DNA of 31,621 nucleotides from a bacterium (GTDB lineage Bacteria; SZUA-182; DTGQ01). Below, in pieces: positions 25,509-31,621 of the stretch. The position numbers and the translations under genes are program-made. Positions within the stretch are counted from its first letter, which is position 1. The number at the start of each line of letters is the position of its first letter. The notes beneath the pieces were generated by a model. The model was not told the DNA's origin, made no database searches, and worked only from the letters and a program-made list of their open reading frames with translations. The stretch is taken from NCBI GenBank assembly GCA_040752695.1, contig JBFMGO010000005.1:1-31621 (forward strand). The letters run 5' to 3'.

Positions 25509-27149
25509 TTAAGTTTTCAGGGTGAATCGGAAAGAGACCACCTGATCGTCTGACGGATACGTATATTTAAATCTGAACTTCAAGGTCTTGGTAATATTGA
25601 AATTCATTTCGCTCGAAAAATACTTTTCTTCGTTTGTGTCGGAAGATTGGTACTGGGCCTCAAGTCGCAACTTGGGTACAGGAACCCAGCCAACCCGGTA
25701 GCTGTAGGTCACCGTGTGCGTATCACCATAGGTAAGTTTGTTATCGAAGGTTAAGAAAAGTTGATCCGCCGGTCTGTAGGTGATAAGGTGCCAGATCTCA
25801 CCATCGAAGGTATCGACCGTGGTTCGCTCCCCTTCCTGATCTTTTTGCTCGATGCTTATCCAGTCGTTTTCATTCCGGAAATAATACTTCAAATCTTGCC
25901 GTAAATCAAAGCTGGCATCAAATTTAATATCTTTTTCCCATTTTTCATCATGATCATTATAATCCTTGGCATTGATCAGTTCAAAATCAGTACGGATCTC
26001 GACTCCATGGTATATTTCCGTCGAGCCTTTCAAGAGAGCGGAGTTCATCCGGTAATCAGGCTCTCCATTTATCTCGTTCAGGGAGCTGCTCAAAAGGAGC
26101 GATGTCTTCAAGGGAGGCATCGGAAGAGCCAGAAATAAGCCCGGAATTTCAGGCTCCAGCCTCAGTCCATATGTCAATACGCTGTTACGTATATCATCCT
26201 GTGAGTCCCAATGGTTATCATGGCTTGCCTCTAAGGTCGTTTTCAGATACGTAAGGGGGAGAAACTCTGTTTTTATGGAATTCCCTACGCTTCTTTCGCG
26301 GTCATGCTCCGACATTTTCTGAATCTCTCCCAAAAACAAATTATAATACACTGCCGTATCATGACCCGGCAAGACATGAAACCTCAGGTTCGCTTTTTGC
26401 TCCAGTGACCGGTAGGTATTGTTGGCTTCCTCATCCTGTTTTTCATTGTGTGATAATTCGTAATCGGAATTCACCTGCAGCCGGGAATCGAAAGCGGAAA
26501 ACTGATAATTTATCTGTCCTCTATTGTTAAGGTCATGATTATCATAATCCACGGTATCTCCTGTGTCATCGCTGGTCACTTCTCTTTTTTCGATGGCAAA
26601 GCTGTGGCTTAAAACAAAAATTCCCATCGCCAGACGGTAATCATCTCTCAGGATCAGTCTTTTTTCCCTGCCGCTGTCCTCTTTTTCATCGAGATCTTTA
26701 TCCTCGGTCTGATACTGGACCGTAATTTTGGGCAGGTAGAAGGGTTTCCAGATAAATGTACTGTAGCCTCGAGCCAGATCATAATTGAGATCCTGTTCGC
26801 GGATGCTGTCTTTACTATATCCTGAATCCAGCCTCAGAACCTGGTTTCCAAGATGAAGGGCCACAGATGGCAGATTCTGTACCCGGTTCTTCGTATCCTC
26901 TTCCTTTTCAGATCTGAATTGAATCTTGAATTGGAGGTCATAGAGGGGACGTACGCTCTTTTCCAGGATCACATCGTAGATTTGCGTAAACCGGTACTCG
27001 GACGTTTCCTCTGTTTCCGGACGCTTCTCATAGAGATAGTCTACCCCTAATCTAATCAACTGGCAATAGCATGGGCTGACTAAAAAGAAAACAGCTATCA
27101 CGATTATCACGGGCACTATGTTTTTTCTTTTACTGACAAATCTCCCCAA
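25509..27149 (-). CDS. Putative outer-membrane beta-barrel protein
   Basis: Signal peptide. Many amphipathic Tyr/Phe-rich strands alternating with acidic loops. C-terminal strand VVSFRFTLKT. No CXXCH. Confidence 0.72.
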   Translation of the reverse strand: MGRFVSKRKNIVPVIIVIAVFFLVSPCYCQLIRLGVDYLYEKRPETEETSEYRFTQIYDVILEKSVRPLYDLQFKIQFRSEKEEDTKNRVQNLPSVALHLGNQVLRLDSGYSKDSIREQDLNYDLARGYSTFIWKPFYLPKITVQYQTEDKDLDEKEDSGREKRLILRDDYRLAMGIFVLSHSFAIEKREVTSDDTGDTVDYDNHDLNNRGQINYQFSAFDSRLQVNSDYELSHNEKQDEEANNTYRSLEQKANLRFHVLPGHDTAVYYNLFLGEIQKMSEHDRERSVGNSIKTEFLPLTYLKTTLEASHDNHWDSQDDIRNSVLTYGLRLEPEIPGLFLALPMPPLKTSLLLSSSLNEINGEPDYRMNSALLKGSTEIYHGVEIRTDFELINAKDYNDHDEKWEKDIKFDASFDLRQDLKYYFRNENDWISIEQKDQEGERTTVDTFDGEIWHLITYRPADQLFLTFDNKLTYGDTHTVTYSYRVGWVPVPKLRLEAQYQSSDTNEEKYFSSEMNFNITKTLKFRFKYTYPSDDQVVSFRFTLKT

Positions 27150-27236
27150 TGAGTAAAAATCCTCTCTTTGTATATGAATTCAACAGCTTATCTGTCAGAA
27201 TGCAAAAGGAAAAGAATGTTTTCCTCCTTAAAAGGC

Positions 27237-27287
27237 CCCTTGCGATCAGGTTTTTCAAGACTCCTGACTTTTTGTTCCAGGCAAGGG
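27237..27287 (-). terminator. Possible stem-loop (weak terminator or processing site) after the FN3/Ig gene
   Basis: Outer arms CCCTTGC/GCAAGGG and inner arms TCAGG/CCTGA. Followed on the minus strand by only a short T run. Confidence 0.25.
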
Positions 27288-27288
27288 A

Positions 27289-30200
27289 TCAATACAATCC
27301 CTTTTCAGCGATCCGGATTCTATCCAGCACTTTCGAATCAGGAATACTCGATAGTGCTCGCGCCCGAATAGTGACGGTTTCGGGTTTGGTGCCTGCCAGG
27401 TACTTGAGTCTGCATTCTCCATGGAAATCGGTAACAGCCTCTTTGTTCAGCAGGATCAATTTTCCCCCGCCCTGGATGATTTCAACTTCCAGCGGGATTC
27501 CCCGGTTGGGATTGTCGTTGATATCTCCGACCCGGATGGTCAAATCAGTGGTGCTCGCACCATCAGCCCAGATTGTGAGAGGCGCACCCTGAAGCTCGAT
27601 TTTGGAAGGAGCATCGCTTTTGAGGACGATATAAACCTTCCGGCTCAAACCCATAGAAGTATCAACTGCGGTAATTTCCACCGTACCGATATGTTTTCCC
27701 GAAAAGTAGCGGGCCAGAGCCTCACCGGAGCTATTGCTCGTCGGGATAATCTCCTCGATCCGTCCTTCTCCCGAAGTGATGGAAAAACTGATATGATGTC
27801 CCTCAAGCGGATGTCCTTGCTCATCCAGCACCTTGGCATGGATATCGGTCCTGCTGTGTCCATCATCAGCGGTCAGCCACTCACGATCGGCCCATACCTG
27901 AAGAGTGGGCCCGCTTTGAATCCCGCGCATGCGCTGCCGGTTGGGTGGAGTAAGGAGTTGGATATTTATTACTCCCTCGATATATGAAGTGATATATCCT
28001 ATGCCCACGCAGCCGGTAACTAAATCTTTAGCCCGCATGATGAGTGTCTTGGCTGCCAGTCCTGAGACATAAGGCACCTTTACCTGTCCTGCGAAATCGG
28101 TAACCAACTGATAGAAATTATCGAGATACCCATATTTACTCTCATCGAAACGGCCGACTCCGGCGATACCCGTATATTCATCGGTAGTGAATAATTCTAT
28201 GGCAACTTCCCGGTTGCCGACTCCGACCTGCCTGGCATCTTTTACTTCGATCCGGACGTCGGTTCTTGATTTACCATCAGCCTTAAGGCACTTCTCCTCG
28301 GGTGTCACGGCTATGGCCACTGTCGTATCGATCGTAACCGTGCTGTCAGCCAGGGCCGGGAGGGACCGCTCTCCCTGCCGGTTGACCAGATAGGCCGTTA
28401 TCTTTCCATCCCTTACATAATCCCCCGGCTGGACTTCGTAAGTTCCCTCATAGAGGCCAGGGCTTACTTCCTCCAGCGGAATATGCATTCTCGGAGTCAG
28501 GATAACCTGTTCATCTCCCGCGCTTTTTTTGGCAGTCACAAACAGGTATCCTCCCCGGTAATTTTCGATCCGGTATGAGGCACTCCCTTTGGGGAGTTCC
28601 GCAACCGGCCATACTCCCGGTACCTGTGAGCCAATGAAAAGATTGATCAGCGAAGAGGGATTTTGCTGACAATAGACCTGGTAGGAAACGATATCATCTT
28701 CAAAGCTCCTGAGCAAGCCTTCATTTCTATCCCACATCAATTCGACACCCGTTGTTCCCTGCTGGGATTCGCTCATCAGCGCTCCCAAATCAACATAGGC
28801 CGTACATCCCGTCTCGCCAAGGACCGAAATGCGCAGTACGTCTCCGGCCACGAGCGGATTGACTCCTGCCAACTGAAAAGCGTTATGCCTGACTTGTTCG
28901 ATTTCCGGCTGCCTTGACGCATTGTCCGTAGTATCGATAGAAACTGTAAAGTCTCCTGATAAAGTGCCCCGGTTCCCTGAAGGATCGACCAGTTCGCAGA
29001 AAACAGGTTCTTCCAAAAGGTCATCTCCCGCCTGAACGATGTATTCTCCCCGGTATAAGCCCGGCCCGATCTCCTGTAACACCTGACTGATTCCAGAACC
29101 GATAGAAAATTTCCCTTCCGCCTTCGGCTCTCCCGTCATTTGAATACGGATGATATCTCCCAGGCGCTTTGTTCCGGGAGCGCTCAGTTCCTTCACCGAA
29201 TAGATTTTCGGGGGAGTGGAATCGGGCAGTGTGACGAGTGAAAGGCACTCCAGTGCCTCATTGCCGGCACGGTCATACACTGCGACGGAATAAGTATACC
29301 CCTGGCCGGGCAAAAATGACTGGTCACAAAAAAGAGATGCGCCAGGAGCAAGCTCTTCGCCGATCAGTCCCATGCTTTTGCCTTCCGCGCACTCACGCTT
29401 TGTGACGCCACCTGCCGCACTCCCCTTTGCAGCGTCTGTCAGGGATCGAAAAACCTTCACTGCGGCGATATCACCCTTTTGCCCTGCAAGATCCCACGTA
29501 AGGCAAACGGCATCCTCGGCCACTCGCGCTTTAAGCGAGCGGACACCTTCAGGAGATACGTTATCGATGGTGATTTTATCTTTCGATACATATTCGACCC
29601 TCTTCCCCTGATCGTCCTGCACGCTGCCGGTCAGGATAAGTTCGGCCCGTTCGATATCCTGCGGAATCGTGTACTGACCATAATAGATCCCTTCCTGATC
29701 GGTCTCTCTGAGTGGGATATTTTGAGTGGGCGCTGTCGTGGCTCCTTGAGAATCGCCGATGCTGACGAAAGCATTTTTCCCGGAAGAGGCGATCATGGTT
29801 ATGGTCAAAGACTTCCCTCCTTTTAAAGGGAGTCCTCTTGAGTCATCAGTCAGGGAACTGATGTAAAGATCAGCCACGGTCACGTACAATTCCTTCGGAA
29901 ACCGTGCCTCGTTTTTGTCTTTATCGACAGCTGCAATGAGGTAATAGTAGCTCTTTTGGGGCTTGACATCTTCATCCAGAAAGGTTGTTACCATGAGCGG
30001 CGAAGAATTGAGCATCCTGTAATCTGCTATCCCTCTGGCCTCGTCCTCTTTTGTCCGGCGATACACGTTATACCCCGCGAGATTCTCCATCGCGACCGGC
30101 TCCCACCGCAGGATAACCGCACCATGGTCCACGCTGATCCTGAAACCATTCACCCGCTCAAGTACGGCCAGCTCTTCCTGGCTGATCAAAAGAGAGGTTG

Positions 30201-30843
30201 CCGCCACCTCCTCGGAAAGAGCGCTTTCCTGCCAGGAAATATCTACCGTGCTTATCCGGTAATAGTAGTTTTTGCCAGGCACGGTATCCTGATCGAGATA
30301 TTCGTGATCCGTATCGAGAACGCTTGCAATTTTAAGCATCTTCATGCCTGCTGCCGCCTCTGAGCGGTAAATATGATATCCCCGGATCTTTGGGTTATTG
30401 GTCTTGCGCCAGGTCAGCCTGACACTTCGCTTCAAGCCAAATGCCTCCACGTTGGATGGAGGACCTAAAGGCGGAATTGCCTGCACGATCGAGGAACGCG
30501 GTCCCTCAAGTCCCTGCTTGTCAACCGTGGTCAGGGCATAGGAATAGCACATCCCCCGCTCGATGCTCTGATCTATATAGAATACATCCTTGACTAACTG
30601 ATCATTTATTTTCCGGAAAGTTCCCTCGCCGTCCAGGCTTCGGAATATATTATACCCGGCAATCTCAGAAGAAAAAAGCCTCTCTCCGGTGATCCTTTGG
30701 TTCGGCTCGGTCCAGGAAAGCTGTATTCCATTCTTTTGATAGTCCACCATGATTTCAGTCTGACCAACCCCGTAAACTGCCAGAACGATCACCTTCACGA
30801 CTACGATACTGAGTATAGCCACCCCAAATTTGCCGTTTCTCAT
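27289..30843 (-). CDS. Large exported FN3 / Ig-like / invasin (Big_1) multidomain surface protein
   Basis: Three N-terminal FN3 (W...GYNIFRS/GYHIYRS/GYNVYRR...Y.Y...VD) plus a fourth FN3. Three G.Y.G.Y Ig-like units. Three C-terminal Big_1-like repeats (LKADGKSRT, LTADDGHSRT, IWADGASTT). ATG 30843 with AGGTGG is preferred over TTG 30900. Confidence 0.85.
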   Translation of the reverse strand: MRNGKFGVAILSIVVVKVIVLAVYGVGQTEIMVDYQKNGIQLSWTEPNQRITGERLFSSEIAGYNIFRSLDGEGTFRKINDQLVKDVFYIDQSIERGMCYSYALTTVDKQGLEGPRSSIVQAIPPLGPPSNVEAFGLKRSVRLTWRKTNNPKIRGYHIYRSEAAAGMKMLKIASVLDTDHEYLDQDTVPGKNYYYRISTVDISWQESALSEEVAATSLLISQEELAVLERVNGFRISVDHGAVILRWEPVAMENLAGYNVYRRTKEDEARGIADYRMLNSSPLMVTTFLDEDVKPQKSYYYLIAAVDKDKNEARFPKELYVTVADLYISSLTDDSRGLPLKGGKSLTITMIASSGKNAFVSIGDSQGATTAPTQNIPLRETDQEGIYYGQYTIPQDIERAELILTGSVQDDQGKRVEYVSKDKITIDNVSPEGVRSLKARVAEDAVCLTWDLAGQKGDIAAVKVFRSLTDAAKGSAAGGVTKRECAEGKSMGLIGEELAPGASLFCDQSFLPGQGYTYSVAVYDRAGNEALECLSLVTLPDSTPPKIYSVKELSAPGTKRLGDIIRIQMTGEPKAEGKFSIGSGISQVLQEIGPGLYRGEYIVQAGDDLLEEPVFCELVDPSGNRGTLSGDFTVSIDTTDNASRQPEIEQVRHNAFQLAGVNPLVAGDVLRISVLGETGCTAYVDLGALMSESQQGTTGVELMWDRNEGLLRSFEDDIVSYQVYCQQNPSSLINLFIGSQVPGVWPVAELPKGSASYRIENYRGGYLFVTAKKSAGDEQVILTPRMHIPLEEVSPGLYEGTYEVQPGDYVRDGKITAYLVNRQGERSLPALADSTVTIDTTVAIAVTPEEKCLKADGKSRTDVRIEVKDARQVGVGNREVAIELFTTDEYTGIAGVGRFDESKYGYLDNFYQLVTDFAGQVKVPYVSGLAAKTLIMRAKDLVTGCVGIGYITSYIEGVINIQLLTPPNRQRMRGIQSGPTLQVWADREWLTADDGHSRTDIHAKVLDEQGHPLEGHHISFSITSGEGRIEEIIPTSNSSGEALARYFSGKHIGTVEITAVDTSMGLSRKVYIVLKSDAPSKIELQGAPLTIWADGASTTDLTIRVGDINDNPNRGIPLEVEIIQGGGKLILLNKEAVTDFHGECRLKYLAGTKPETVTIRARALSSIPDSKVLDRIRIAEKGLY

Positions 30844-30937
30844 ATACTTACACCACCTGACCGAAACCATGAACAACCATAAGACACGATCCTTAAGCAA
30901 ATCTGCTCTTTTTTTATAACGATTATGCTCGATTCTC

Positions 30938-30952
30938 TCAATAAGCCTGCCA
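30938..30952 (-). promoter_or_regulatory. Possible sigma54 (-24/-12) promoter
   Basis: Minus strand TGGCAGG-CTTA-TTGA against consensus TGGCACG-N4-TTGC. Spacing is correct but there are two mismatches, including the -12 C. An AT-rich tract lies upstream. Confidence 0.25.
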
Positions 30953-31007
30953 TATTATTTTGTAGAATTTGTATTTTATAAATACCCTGCTTGCCAACAT
31001 CCTTCAC

Positions 31008-31621
31008 TTAAGGAGGCGAGGGAGGCGCTATACCAAAGAATTTTACATCACAAAAGAATCTTCCCAGAGGGCCGGGAGTTATTTTCACTGCCTTAATGGT
31101 AAGGTAGCCTCCTGCGATGAAATCAAACTCTGGACTGATATGACTATCTGATGTAAAGGTATTGTCCACTTCCCACGTAACCGTTGGAAGCACTGTCTTA
31201 TCATCCGGATTATTATGAATCCAGGCATCTACCCGGCTTCTACCGCCGCCAGTATCGCCGCCAATGACCTGAATCCGGGAAACCCCATAGTGTGCATCCG
31301 GGTCGGCAGCCAGTTGGAAAGTAACTTCTGCCTCCCGGTATCCGAAAAGAGTCCAGCAGGTGGTATTCGGATCATTATCGATCGAATTTGCAGCATCCCT
31401 GCCAACTGAAAATGTGTAAACCTTTGCCGGGCTGTACCAGTCCGCCACAGGATTAAAGGATCCTTCCAATAAAACCGACCCTGTCAGCGGATTTCCTGCC
31501 TGATCAAGAACTGCGTCCTTCCCAAGAGTGATGAAGTCGCCAACCGCAATCGTGGAAAAAGATGTATCACTGTCAAAGGTTATGGTTAAGGTATCGTGTA
31601 CGGGTGCATTCCACTCAGCCT
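31008..31621 (-). CDS. 5'-truncated extracellular protein ending in Ig-like and discoidin/F5-8C-like domains
   Basis: Manual translation shows the frame is open to the window edge (...DTLTITFD...VLDQAGNPL...). 'AANSIDNDPNTTCW' is discoidin-like. Confidence 0.65.
   Translation of the reverse strand, partial: AEWNAPVHDTLTITFDSDTSFSTIAVGDFITLGKDAVLDQAGNPLTGSVLLEGSFNPVADWYSPAKVYTFSVGRDAANSIDNDPNTTCWTLFGYREAEVTFQLAADPDAHYGVSRIQVIGGDTGGGRSRVDAWIHNNPDDKTVLPTVTWEVDNTFTSDSHISPEFDFIAGGYLTIKAVKITPGPLGRFFCDVKFFGIAPPSPP

Noticed and set aside
17083..27149. MtrAB/DmsEF porin-cytochrome assignment
   Set aside because: There is no decaheme MtrA-type gene next to the barrel. Heme counts and neighbouring genes fit the osc-like core better.
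4652..30882. Many plus-strand and alternate-frame ORFs of 60-250 aa overlapping the minus-strand genes
   Set aside because: They are shadows of the cytochrome genes: the reverse complement of Cys-His codons gives recurring ATGGCA/ATGACA starts. None has a recognisable domain.

Overview
The window holds two convergent gene blocks from a diderm anaerobe; the gene content is Desulfobacterota/deltaproteobacteria-like, but the host cannot be identified from sequence alone. (1) Plus strand, 17-4601: a type IV minor-pilin operon (FimT/GspH-like, PilV, PilW, PilX). Its PilW is about 820 aa and carries fused FN3/Ig domains. (2) Minus strand, 4667-31621: a ~26 kb extracellular-electron-transfer locus with eight c-type cytochromes. 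By hand count they carry 105 canonical CXXCH plus 3 CX3-4CH motifs. The locus also encodes a CbcBA-type inner-membrane cytochrome b/c pair, two beta-propeller proteins, a SurA/PrsA-like foldase, three CsgG/PelC-fold envelope proteins, an outer-membrane beta-barrel and an FN3/invasin-Ig surface protein. The run PPIase - 26-heme - 16-heme - beta-propeller matches my recollection of the Geobacter omcS-companion (osc) nanowire-assembly core and the related operon in sulfate-reducing partners of ANME archaea. No stand-alone OmcS/OmcE subunit gene is in the window. Instead, a 1221-aa, 28-heme protein contains five tandem tetraheme modules with an OmcE-like motif pattern, making it a candidate single-chain, fixed-length cytochrome nanowire. 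All family assignments come from motif reading and recall; no database searches were run.
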